A stretch of DNA of 32,000 nt, taken from NCBI RefSeq assembly GCF_000010065.1, contig NC_006576.1:660001-692000 (forward strand), in the 5' to 3' direction. Position numbers and translations under genes: made by a program. This DNA is from Synechococcus elongatus PCC 6301 (GTDB lineage Bacteria > Cyanobacteriota > Cyanobacteriia > Synechococcales > Synechococcaceae). The notes under the pieces were generated by a model that saw only the letters and a program-made list of their open reading frames with translations, had not been told where the DNA came from and ran no database searches. Shown here one piece after another: positions 17,372 to 25,942 of the stretch (the first letter of the stretch is position 1; the number at the start of each line of letters is the position of its first letter).

Positions 17372-17417
17372 TACTTCTCACTCATGTTTCAGTCGTGACC
17401 CAGCTCAGGCAGTCGCC

Positions 17418-17963
17418 ATGACCTCCTTTTCAACACCCACGAATCGCCAAAACACCCCATTACTCAGCCCCAATCAGTTACAGTTCCTGATCGATCGCCA
17501 GGAAGTTCTCCTGCTCGATGTTCGCGAAGTGGCGGAGTATCAGGCGGACCATATCGCTGGGTCGCATCTCTATCCACTCAGTCAAATAACCCAGCTGCCT
17601 TTACCGGCTAGCGATCGCCCGATTGTGCTGACCTGTCAGTCCGGGATGCGATCGCAGAAAGCCGCCACCCAATTACAGCAACGTGGACTGACGATCACAG
17701 AGCTACAGGGCGGTCTCAATGCTTGGAAGCAACGGGGCCTTCCCACAATCGGTCAGACTGCCAATGCACCGATCAGCCTCATGCGGCAGGTGCAACTGGT
17801 CGCCGGATCCCTTGTTCTTATCAGTATCATCCTGAGCTTGACCCTCGCCCACACATGGCTGGGGCTGAGTGCCTTTGTTGGCGCTGGACTTGTGTTTGCA
17901 GGTCTCAGTGGCACCTGTCTCCTACCGAATGTTCTAGCGGCGATGCCTTGGAATCGGGGTTAG
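17418..17963 (+). CDS. Membrane-anchored rhodanese (rhodanese domain + DUF2892-type two-TM tail, YgaP-like)
   Basis: Rhodanese active-site loop LTCQSGMRS. The C-terminal hydrophobic domain ends in FAGLSGTCLLPNVLAAM, typical of the YgaP/DUF2892 tail. Confidence 0.85.
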   Translation: MTSFSTPTNRQNTPLLSPNQLQFLIDRQEVLLLDVREVAEYQADHIAGSHLYPLSQITQLPLPASDRPIVLTCQSGMRSQKAATQLQQRGLTITELQGGLNAWKQRGLPTIGQTANAPISLMRQVQLVAGSLVLISIILSLTLAHTWLGLSAFVGAGLVFAGLSGTCLLPNVLAAMPWNRG

Positions 17964-17967
17964 TACG

Positions 17968-18738
17968 ATGCAGTGGCTTGCGCTTGGGCTGGCGTTACTG
18001 ATCGGCCTCAGCTTGGGATTGCTGGGCGGTGGCGGTGCTGTTTTGGCTTTGCCAGTCTTGGTTTATGTGCTGGACATTGATCCTAAAACCGCGATCGCGA
18101 TGACTCTGGTGGTCGTGGGGAGCGCCAGTCTACTGGGAGCAATTCCCCATGCGCGGCGCGGCAACATCGACTGGCTCCGGACAGGGGTATTTGGCAGCTC
18201 CACGATGGTAGGAGCCTTTGGGGGAGCTCGACTAGCACTGTTACCTTGGGTGACGGCTCAGCTACAAATGGGTTTGTTTGGTGTGGCAATTTTGGCGGCG
18301 GCGAGCTTTATGCTGTGGCCTCAGTCCCCAAAAGCTGACGATCCGGTTTTGAGTTATCCGCGTCCCTTTTGTCTGAGCTGCTGGACTTGGTTAATCAGCG
18401 AAGGGATTGGTGTGGGGGTGCTGACGGGATTAGTCGGTGTCGGGGGTGGCTTTGCGATCGTTCCTGCGTTAGTGCTGCTGGGAAAAGTGCCCACGCGCAA
18501 GGCGATCGGCACCTCCTTGGTGATCATCGGCCTGAATGCGATTGCAGGATTAATGGGCTACTGGGGTCGCCTTAGTCTGCCTTGGGGACTGACGCTGACC
18601 TTCGCAGCTTCTGCCTGCCTCGGTACCCTCTTGGGTGGCGCAGTATCGCAGCGGCTTAGCACGCAGGGGCTACAACGCAGTTTTGCCCTTCTTCTGCTGG
18701 CGATCGGAGGGTTTGTCTTGGCGCGAAGTGTTTTATAG
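17968..18738 (+). CDS. TauE/SafE (TSUP, DUF81) family anion permease
   Basis: 256-aa polytopic protein with two internally similar glycine-rich halves (LLGGGGAVLALP and LVGVGGGFAIVPAL). It lies 4 nt downstream of the rhodanese gene. Confidence 0.85.
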   Translation: MQWLALGLALLIGLSLGLLGGGGAVLALPVLVYVLDIDPKTAIAMTLVVVGSASLLGAIPHARRGNIDWLRTGVFGSSTMVGAFGGARLALLPWVTAQLQMGLFGVAILAAASFMLWPQSPKADDPVLSYPRPFCLSCWTWLISEGIGVGVLTGLVGVGGGFAIVPALVLLGKVPTRKAIGTSLVIIGLNAIAGLMGYWGRLSLPWGLTLTFAASACLGTLLGGAVSQRLSTQGLQRSFALLLLAIGGFVLARSVL

Positions 18739-18749
18739 CGGCTGACCGC

Positions 18750-19811
18750 TCAAGAGAGTGAGAAATCGGGTACGAGTTGAAGAATCTGTTGCAAGCGATC
18801 GCGTTGTTGGAGCAGCGCCTTGGTTTGTAACAGGTGATCCACCTGAACCAACCCTGCCGTCATTGATGAGGCCATGCCCAAAAACCAGAGATAGGCCGCG
18901 CCATTCCAGCGCAGCAGCGGTTCTAGCACTGAAGGCTGACCTTCCAGTAGGGCTTGAGCAGCCTCCACCCAAGCGTCTTCCCCCATCCAAGGCAGTTCTG
19001 CCTCGCCTAAATCCCAGTCGCGGGCATGCAAGATCAGACGATCGCAGTGGCCATTCTGCCAGCGGCCCACGATTGCGGCGCGATCGCGCGGTAGCTCTGG
19101 ACTCCCCTCCAAGCCTTTGATGGTGAAGAAGGTCGTGATCCCGCGCAGACTCAGGGCTTCTTCGATCATCAACTCCGTCGGCGGATGGACGAAGCCACAA
19201 ACCGGCAAAGCTGCCCCTTGGACAGGAACGAGCATCAATTCGGCAGTGGCAAGCGGCGGTCGTTTGCCCAATTCCGAGCGATAGCCATTCAACACTTCAG
19301 CAGCCGGGCAAAGACTGGGTTGATGGAGTTGGGCTACACCAGCTTGTTCGAGACAGCGGTTGAGATTAGCAACAGAACGCGATCGCCAGTTCACCCCGAT
19401 CGCATCCCAGAGTTCAACCAGAGGCACACCGTATTTTGTTGCAACGCGATCGCTGCCGTGCAGCACAACGGGTTGACCAACAGCGGCGAGCAGCAGCGCC
19501 AGCAGTGGTCCCAAAGGAGCCGTGCGATCGCGGCCATCGTAGGGATAGCCCAAGACCAGTGGCGGCCGTGTTGTACTCGGAGCCAAGACAGCAGGCAACC
19601 AGTCGGCGTAGGTCTCTAAAAATCCAGCGAGTTCGGTTCCCGTCGGGCGACGAATGCGATGGGCAATTAAAAAAGCCCCAATTTGGGCGGGGGTCGCCGT
19701 GGCTGACAGCATGAGCTGCAGGGCTTCGGCGGCCTCAGCCTGCGTCAAAACTTGGCTCGTGTGGCGTCCACTGCCAACCTTACGGATTAGGTCTCGGAAT
19801 CGCTCGCTCAT
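18750..19811 (-). CDS. TrpD2 / YbiB-like protein (glycosyltransferase family 3 fold, not a true anthranilate phosphoribosyltransferase)
   Basis: N-terminal helical domain (LTQAEAAEALQLMLSATATPAQIGAFLIAHRIRRPTGTELAGF). The TrpD PRPP-binding GTGGDG and KHGNR motifs are replaced by GYPYDGRD and LHGSDR. The N-terminus MSERFRDLIRKVGSGRH resembles E. coli YbiB as I recall it. Confidence 0.75.
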   Translation of the reverse strand: MSERFRDLIRKVGSGRHTSQVLTQAEAAEALQLMLSATATPAQIGAFLIAHRIRRPTGTELAGFLETYADWLPAVLAPSTTRPPLVLGYPYDGRDRTAPLGPLLALLLAAVGQPVVLHGSDRVATKYGVPLVELWDAIGVNWRSRSVANLNRCLEQAGVAQLHQPSLCPAAEVLNGYRSELGKRPPLATAELMLVPVQGAALPVCGFVHPPTELMIEEALSLRGITTFFTIKGLEGSPELPRDRAAIVGRWQNGHCDRLILHARDWDLGEAELPWMGEDAWVEAAQALLEGQPSVLEPLLRWNGAAYLWFLGMASSMTAGLVQVDHLLQTKALLQQRDRLQQILQLVPDFSLS

Positions 19812-19910
19812 CGCCTGAACAGTAAACTTTTATGATCTCATTCCCATTTCTGCAAACCGTTCATTGGGAACTTCTCGGGATTGGATGCTGTCCTGCTCGG
19901 CCTGATCGCC

Positions 19911-20396
19911 ATGACCTCTTCTGCCAGTCCGTTTTTTCAATTCGAGGCTGACTTTGTGCTCGGCCTACGCTGCATCCCCATGAGCGTGCGCCGCAAACTC
20001 GATGACTGTGGCGTCAAGCTCAAGCTAGAACACTGGCACCGTCTCTCGGAAGCCGAGCGCCAACAACTGGTTGATTGGCCCTGTGAGAGCGATCGCGATC
20101 GCCAAGCCTACCGGCAGCAACTCCGTGATTGGACCCAGCGCGATTGGGGGGAGCCCGCCAAAGATTTACCGATTGATCCTCAACCGGCTTGGCTGCAACC
20201 TGAGATTCCAGAGGCAGTGGAGGCCGCCTGCCAAGTGCTGCAGGTCAGTCTCAGTCCTGATGACTGGCAAGGGCTAGAACCCCTCCAACGCTTTGCCTTG
20301 ATTAAGCTGGCGCGTCCCGGCCATGAACATCGCAACCTTTATCCAGCGCTGCAGGAATTTGGCCTCACCGAGCGATCGCCCCTTGAGGCTGACTGA
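19911..20396 (+). CDS. narM: Nitrate reductase-associated protein (NarM-like, cyanobacterial family)
   Basis: The sequence FQFEADFVLGLRCIPMSVRRKLDDCGVKLKLEHWHRLSEAERQQL ... LQRFALIKLARPGHEHRNLYPALQEFGL matches my recollection of the cyanobacterial nitrate-reductase-associated family. ATG 19911 gives 161 aa (the track starts at TTG 19881). Confidence 0.6.
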   Translation: MTSSASPFFQFEADFVLGLRCIPMSVRRKLDDCGVKLKLEHWHRLSEAERQQLVDWPCESDRDRQAYRQQLRDWTQRDWGEPAKDLPIDPQPAWLQPEIPEAVEAACQVLQVSLSPDDWQGLEPLQRFALIKLARPGHEHRNLYPALQEFGLTERSPLEAD

Positions 20397-20413
20397 GTTC
20401 CCGAGTTAGGTTG

Positions 20414-21613
20414 CTAGCGTTCGCGGGATAGAACTTGTTTTTGCTGGAGCGCTGCAGTCAAAATCTCCTGCGCAGCCCGATCGCAAACTCCGGGTTCCCC
20501 TAAGCTTTGGCGCATTCGCTGGTAACCAGCTTGGATCGCCGCTTGCCGGTCTGGATCGAGCAGGATAGCTTTCGCTTCCGCCGCAATGCGATCGGGGTTG
20601 GCTTCGTCTTGAAGTAACTCCGGCACGATCGCTTCCATATCGACCAAGTTGACGGGTGACATAAACGGAATTGAGAAGCGCAGAATGTGGCGGGCAATCC
20701 AAGCAGTCACGGCTCCGACGCGATAGACCACGACTTGGGGGATGCCTTGGAGACCCAGCTCGAGGTTCACTGTGCCGGATTTAGCGATCGCTAGATCCGC
20801 AGCAGCTTGGACCAAAGCCGTTGTTTCGCCGCTGACAATTTGCAACGGCAGGTTCAACTCGCGGGCTGCTTCCTCAATCGTCGTTCGAAACTTTTCCTGA
20901 GAGAGCGGCACAAAGAAGCGGAGATTGGGCAGCTCGGCGTTGAGTTGCTGGGCCGCCGCCAAAACGGTCGGCAACAGGAACTTTAACTCCTGAGGTCGCG
21001 AGGCGGGATAGAGCGCGATCGCCCGCTCCTGTTCCTGCAGGCCCAGCTGGGCACGAGCCTTAGCGCGATCGGGCCGATCTTGGAGTTGGTCGATCAGGGG
21101 ATGGCCGACAAAGCTGACTGCCGCCCCGCGATCGCGGTAGTAGGTGGCCTCGCCGGGGAAGATGGCAAAAATGCGATCGCTGAAGTTAACGAGTTGGGTC
21201 GTCTTGCCCTCGCCGAAGGACCACACCCATTCCTGGGGCGCGATGTAGTAAAAAATCGGGATGTTGGGGTGAGATTTCGGTAAACGGCCCCCCCAGCCGA
21301 TATTTGGCCCGATGTAGTCGATCAAAATCGCCGCATCGAGGGACGTTTCGCGAATCTGACGAGCAATCTTTTGCTGCAAGCGCCAGGTTGGCCAAACGTA
21401 GGGCAGCGCTTCCCAGATGCCAATCGAACTGATCCCAATCGTGTTAGCCAGCAGCTTTGCACCAGCCGCCGCCATGCGATCGCCACCCAAGGCGAGGATT
21501 TCGAGCTCAAGGCCCAATTGCTTCGCTTGCCGAAACAGCGCTGCAATCAGCAAACTGCCCTGTAGATCGCCCGAGACTTCGCCGGTGCTGATAAACAGTC
21601 GAATCGCAGCCAC
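20414..21613 (-). CDS. lpxB: Lipid-A-disaccharide synthase
   Basis: N-terminal IRLFISTGEVSGDLQG with LpxB-like length (399 aa). The GTG start directly abuts the lpxA stop (TAAGTG). Confidence 0.9.
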   Translation of the reverse strand: MAAIRLFISTGEVSGDLQGSLLIAALFRQAKQLGLELEILALGGDRMAAAGAKLLANTIGISSIGIWEALPYVWPTWRLQQKIARQIRETSLDAAILIDYIGPNIGWGGRLPKSHPNIPIFYYIAPQEWVWSFGEGKTTQLVNFSDRIFAIFPGEATYYRDRGAAVSFVGHPLIDQLQDRPDRAKARAQLGLQEQERAIALYPASRPQELKFLLPTVLAAAQQLNAELPNLRFFVPLSQEKFRTTIEEAARELNLPLQIVSGETTALVQAAADLAIAKSGTVNLELGLQGIPQVVVYRVGAVTAWIARHILRFSIPFMSPVNLVDMEAIVPELLQDEANPDRIAAEAKAILLDPDRQAAIQAGYQRMRQSLGEPGVCDRAAQEILTAALQQKQVLSRER

Positions 21614-22420
21614 TTACTTGCTACCTGGCGTGGGACCCCGACGCTCGCTCCCTTGGGAAGCTTCGAGGAAGTTACAGAGGTGCTGCAGGTGCTCGAGGTC
21701 AGAAATCTGGCGGATCTCAGCGATCGCTTCCTTGAGCAACAGGTCGGAGCGATAGAGCAGCCGATAGGCCTGCTTCAGCTGCTTAAAAGCTTCGCCCTCC
21801 TGACCATCGCGCAGTCCCGCTCGTTCTAAGCCCACGAGATTGAGCGATCGCACGCGAGCAGGATTGCCTTCAACCAACATGTAGGGCGGTACATCTCGCT
21901 CCACACGGCTCATGCCGCCAATCATGGCGTTGCGGCCAACATGGACAAACTGATGCAGCCCTGACATGCCGCCGATCACGGCTCCCGACTCAACCACAAT
22001 GTGGCCAGCCAAGGAGACGGCGTTGGAGATGACGATCCGGTTGTGCAGGATGCAGTTGTGGGCCACGTGCACGTAGGCCATTAGCAAATTGTCATTGCCG
22101 ATCACCGTGGCTTCACCAGCTTTGGTGGCGCGGTTGATCGTCACATACTCGCGAATCCGGTTTCGATCGCCAATCCGCACGACCCTGAGCGATCCGTCAG
22201 TTTTTTTGTCCTGGGACTCCAGTCCGATCGCAGCGCCAGGAAAGATGCGATTTTCTTCGCCAATTTCAGTCCAACCATCGATGACCGCATGGGCTCCGAC
22301 GGTCGTATGGGCTCCAATCCGAACATGCTCCCCAATAACGGCGTAGGGGCCGATTTGGACGCTGGGGTGAATCTCGGCTCCCGGCGCAATGATTGCGGTG
22401 GGGTGAATTACTGCACTCAC
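21614..22420 (-). CDS. lpxA: Acyl-ACP--UDP-N-acetylglucosamine O-acyltransferase
   Basis: N-terminal left-handed beta-helix hexapeptide repeats (IHPTAIIAPGAEIHPSVQIGPYAVIGEHVRIGAHTTVGAHAVI) and an LpxA C-terminal helical domain. GTG start. Confidence 0.92.
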   Translation of the reverse strand: MSAVIHPTAIIAPGAEIHPSVQIGPYAVIGEHVRIGAHTTVGAHAVIDGWTEIGEENRIFPGAAIGLESQDKKTDGSLRVVRIGDRNRIREYVTINRATKAGEATVIGNDNLLMAYVHVAHNCILHNRIVISNAVSLAGHIVVESGAVIGGMSGLHQFVHVGRNAMIGGMSRVERDVPPYMLVEGNPARVRSLNLVGLERAGLRDGQEGEAFKQLKQAYRLLYRSDLLLKEAIAEIRQISDLEHLQHLCNFLEASQGSERRGPTPGSK

Positions 22421-22426
22421 CAGCCG

Positions 22427-22894
22427 TTACTCCACGAGCGAGAACACCAGTTCTCCGCTGGCTGCCAGCTGGCCATCGACCATCGCCTCACCTTGAATTT
22501 TGCAGAAGCGACGCCGCTTGGCACTGAGAAGCTGAGCCGACAAGACGAGCTGATCACCGGGTACGACCGGACGCCGGAAGCGGACTTGGTCAATACCGGC
22601 AAACACAAATAAGCCCTGGGGCATGTCGGGCATCAAGGTGACAATCACGCCCCCCACTTGGGCCATCGCCTCGACAATCAAGACGCCCGGCATCAGGGGG
22701 CGCCCTGGGAAATGCCCTTGGAACTGAGGCTCATTGAAAGTCACATTTTTAATCCCGACCGCCCGCTCGCCCGGTACATAGTCAATAATGCGATCGACAA
22801 GGGCAAAAGGGTAGCGGTGGGGAAGAAGGCCTTGAATCGTCTCCACGGCCAAGGGCAACGTCGGCAAGGCAGGAGCATCCGGGTTGACGGTCAT
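22427..22894 (-). CDS. fabZ: 3-hydroxyacyl-ACP dehydratase
   Basis: Hot-dog fold motifs [13 protein letters not shown] and [19 protein letters not shown]. Confidence 0.93.
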   Translation of the reverse strand: MTVNPDAPALPTLPLAVETIQGLLPHRYPFALVDRIIDYVPGERAVGIKNVTFNEPQFQGHFPGRPLMPGVLIVEAMAQVGGVIVTLMPDMPQGLFVFAGIDQVRFRRPVVPGDQLVLSAQLLSAKRRRFCKIQGEAMVDGQLAASGELVFSLVE

Positions 22895-22912
22895 GTAGAG
22901 AACGAATAGAGG

Positions 22913-23767
22913 TCAGCGAGAAACAAGGCTGGCCATGCGGGCTTGTAGTTCGCGGGCAAAGCGAACATGGAGCCGGTGGCTAGCTTTGTAGGCAAGGATA
23001 TGAGCCTGGGGCAAGGCTCCGAGCAAGCTCAGATCCCCAGCTAGATCTAAGAGTTTATGACGCACTGGCTCGTTTGAAAAACGCAGCGGCGGATTCAACC
23101 AGCGATCGCGATCGCAGACCAAGGCATTCTCCAGGCTGCCCCCCCGAATGAGGCCCTGCTGACGCAAGGCTTCAATTTGGGGAGCCAAACCAAAGGTTCG
23201 GGCTGGCACCACCTCGCGCTCCCAGTCATCTGGCCGCCAGCGCACACTAAACCATTGATTGCCAATCGGGGCAAGGTCAAAGTCAATGCCATAGCTGAGA
23301 CGGGTTTCCTCAGCAGGAACCGCTGTGACAAAGGCATCACCTTCACTGACCGTCAGGGGCTCTGTGAGGACCGGCACCGACACAGCGCCAAGAAGTTCGA
23401 CGGTACCGACCGCGGCGATCGCCGCGAGCCACTCTGCCCCTGAGCCATCCAGCAGCGGCAGCTCGGGGCCATCGATCGCAATTTGGACATCGGTCACGCC
23501 CAAACCAGCAAGGACAGCCAAGAGGTGCTCAACGGTTCGAATATTGGCTTGATCCGTCGCCAGCTCCGTCGAGAGCAGCGTTTCGCGAACGCGATCGAGC
23601 TGTACGGGAATCTCAGGTGTGCCCGGCAGGTCAGTCCGCACAAAAATGCGATCGCGCCCACTGACGGCAGGTTCTAAACGCACGTTGACTTCTGCACCGC
23701 TGTGAAGCCCTACACCAGCGCAGTCAACAGGCCCTGCAAGCGTCCGACGGGGAATTGCAATCGCCAT
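22913..23767 (-). CDS. lpxC: UDP-3-O-acyl-N-acetylglucosamine deacetylase
   Basis: LpxC motifs GVGLHSG, TVEHLLAVLAGLG and HKLLDLAGDL, 284 aa. Confidence 0.9.
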   Translation of the reverse strand: MAIAIPRRTLAGPVDCAGVGLHSGAEVNVRLEPAVSGRDRIFVRTDLPGTPEIPVQLDRVRETLLSTELATDQANIRTVEHLLAVLAGLGVTDVQIAIDGPELPLLDGSGAEWLAAIAAVGTVELLGAVSVPVLTEPLTVSEGDAFVTAVPAEETRLSYGIDFDLAPIGNQWFSVRWRPDDWEREVVPARTFGLAPQIEALRQQGLIRGGSLENALVCDRDRWLNPPLRFSNEPVRHKLLDLAGDLSLLGALPQAHILAYKASHRLHVRFARELQARMASLVSR

Positions 23768-23776
23768 GGTCCTGCC

Positions 23777-25942
23777 TCAGAATTTTTCACCGATCGCAAA
23801 CTGGATCCGATTGCCCTGATCCGGGGTAAAGCCCAGATCAAGCCGGACTGGCCCCACCGGCGTTGCGATCCGGACCCCAAACCCATAGCCAACGCCACCG
23901 CCCGGTTTCCCCCGGATGACCGCCGGCGCACCAATGACAGCACTGTCGCTCCCCAAGGAAGTGCCAGCATCGGCGAACAGAGCTCCACCAAGGAACTGGC
24001 TGATGATCGGGAAGCGATACTCCGCACTGGCGACAACAAAGCTCCGCCCACTGGCCAGGCCGCATTCTTCGTAGCCCCGCACGGTGTTGACGCCCCCGAT
24101 GCAGAACGCCTCATAGGGTGGTAAGTTACCTAGGGCAGTGCCTGCCTGGATATTGAAAGCCAAAGTTTGCGGACATTCTTCAGCAGTCGGATTGTCCTTA
24201 CGGCAGCCCTCTTGGAAGCGCAGCAAGCGGATGGGCACGTAGAAGCTGTAGCCAGCTCGAATCCGGTTGTAGAACACCCCATTGGCAGTGATCGGGAGGA
24301 ACTGATCGACGTTGAAGCGGAAAAGACTACCGCGAGTCGGCGTAGCAACGTTATCGCGAGTATCACGAACCGCCCCAAAGATCAGTCCAAACAAGGTGTC
24401 TTGCGACCCCCCGGAAGCTGTTAGCGGATTCCCAAACTCATCTTGGGCAAAGGCATTGCCGTTGATGTCGGTAATGTCAACGACGTTGAAGCTGACACCT
24501 CCAAATAGAGTCCATTCCGGCCGTGTGTAGGGATCAGCCTGGGGAAGAGTGAACAGAATTTGGGTTCCGGTTCGCTGAGTGATGATGCTGTTGCCATTGG
24601 GCAAATTGACATCGATCGGGCCGTTCGTGAACTGGAGCGCTAGCTCCGCACTGCGGAACACATTGACGCTGTAGGAGGAGCGGAAGGGGTCGCCCGCAAT
24701 CCAGGGATCACTGAAGCTGATATCAAACAAGGCCTGACGCAGACCCACCGAGAGCTGGAAGCCCAGCTTTTGGTTGTTGCCGCCAAAGTTCTGCTCCTGA
24801 AGGCCAATGGTGCCGAACAGACCGCTGGCGTCACTAAAGCCGACACCAGCAGAAAAGTTCCCCGTCGAGCTTTCCTGGACGTTGGTGACGACCACAACCT
24901 TGGTCGGGTCGCGGGGGTCGGGCTCAAGGTTGAGGCGAACATCACTGAACAGACCGAGGCCAAAGATGCGCCGCAGCCCTGCTTCGGCTTGGGGGCGATT
25001 GAAGACATCGCCTTCCTTGAAGGAATATTCCCGCGTGACGATGAAGGGCCGTGTCTTACCACGAATCGGATTGCCCTCTTCATCGGTCGATCGCCCTTCC
25101 GCGTTTTGGAAACGAACGATCAGCTCGCTGATTACCCCTTCAGCGACCCGCAGCGTGACTTCCCCGTTGGGGCTGATGCGCGAAGCATCCACCACCTGGG
25201 CCAGCACATAGCCGTTTTCGCGGTACCAAGTGTTCAGGGTCCGAATCCGAGCCTGCAGGGTTTGCAGGTTCAGAATTTTGCCGTAATCATCCTTGAATGT
25301 TTCTTGAATGACTGAGTCGGGCAAGACCCGCGCCCCATCCAATTCGATCTTGCTCAGGACGGGATTCGGTTCGACCACAAAGGTGATCTGAACTCCGAGA
25401 GGCGTATCCTCGGGCAATACTTGGACGTTACTGAACAAGCCAGTACCAAAGATGGCATTGACATCGTTCTGGAGTTGAGTCCTCGTTGAGGTAGCTCCCG
25501 CTTGGGTGCGAATAGCGCCGTAGATAGCGTCGAGGAGCTGGGCTTCGTCAGGATTACCAGCAACCCCAACGATTTGAACCTCTGACACGAGCACCTGGGG
25601 CTCAGCCGGAGCAGGCTGCTCTGCCGCAGGTGCTGGCGGGGTTGTCGGCGGAGTGGTAGGAGCAGGAGTCGATGCCGGTGGCGTTGCTGGCGTGGGCGTA
25701 GCAGCCGGCGGAGCACCGCCCTCATTCGTAGGAGATGTTTGCGCTAGTGGGAGCGGCGGAATCTCTGCAGCAGCGGGTTGAGGTAATGCCGTCGGTCCTT
25801 CGATCGCAAAACCAGCAGTGGCTGGCTTCGCGGGGGTCGGCGTTGCTTTTGTCTCAGCCCGAGCCGGTGACGCAGCGATCGCGATCGCGGTGGCACAGTA
25901 GACGCTTAAAGCTAGGCGTTGCGCCTGATTGGATTTCAACAT
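23777..25942 (-). CDS. bamA: Omp85/BamA-family outer membrane protein assembly factor (cyanobacterial Omp85, Toc75 relative)
   Basis: Signal peptide (…AIAIAASPARA/ETK), a Pro/Thr/Ala-rich linker, POTRA-like repeats, and a C-terminal beta-barrel ending in ...IQFAIGEKF (terminal Phe). ATG 25942 is preceded by GAGAGAG (the track starts at GTG 25960). Confidence 0.9.
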   Translation of the reverse strand: MLKSNQAQRLALSVYCATAIAIAASPARAETKATPTPAKPATAGFAIEGPTALPQPAAAEIPPLPLAQTSPTNEGGAPPAATPTPATPPASTPAPTTPPTTPPAPAAEQPAPAEPQVLVSEVQIVGVAGNPDEAQLLDAIYGAIRTQAGATSTRTQLQNDVNAIFGTGLFSNVQVLPEDTPLGVQITFVVEPNPVLSKIELDGARVLPDSVIQETFKDDYGKILNLQTLQARIRTLNTWYRENGYVLAQVVDASRISPNGEVTLRVAEGVISELIVRFQNAEGRSTDEEGNPIRGKTRPFIVTREYSFKEGDVFNRPQAEAGLRRIFGLGLFSDVRLNLEPDPRDPTKVVVVTNVQESSTGNFSAGVGFSDASGLFGTIGLQEQNFGGNNQKLGFQLSVGLRQALFDISFSDPWIAGDPFRSSYSVNVFRSAELALQFTNGPIDVNLPNGNSIITQRTGTQILFTLPQADPYTRPEWTLFGGVSFNVVDITDINGNAFAQDEFGNPLTASGGSQDTLFGLIFGAVRDTRDNVATPTRGSLFRFNVDQFLPITANGVFYNRIRAGYSFYVPIRLLRFQEGCRKDNPTAEECPQTLAFNIQAGTALGNLPPYEAFCIGGVNTVRGYEECGLASGRSFVVASAEYRFPIISQFLGGALFADAGTSLGSDSAVIGAPAVIRGKPGGGVGYGFGVRIATPVGPVRLDLGFTPDQGNRIQFAIGEKF

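Noticed and set aside
18733-19200. 155-aa minus-strand ORF in another frame of the TrpD2-like gene, and plus-strand ORFs at 18758-19120 and 19185-19619
   Set aside because: They overlap a better-supported, longer gene, and the translations are Arg/Pro/Ser-rich with no motifs.
19822-19835. NtcA-like site GTA-N8-TGA upstream of the NarM-like gene
   Set aside because: The right half is TGA, not the required TAC (or at least AC). It does not meet the GTA-N8-TAC consensus.
23702-25725. Multiple 60-180-aa ORFs on both strands inside the omp85/bamA gene
   Set aside because: All are alternative-frame or antisense shadows of a gene with clear Omp85 architecture.
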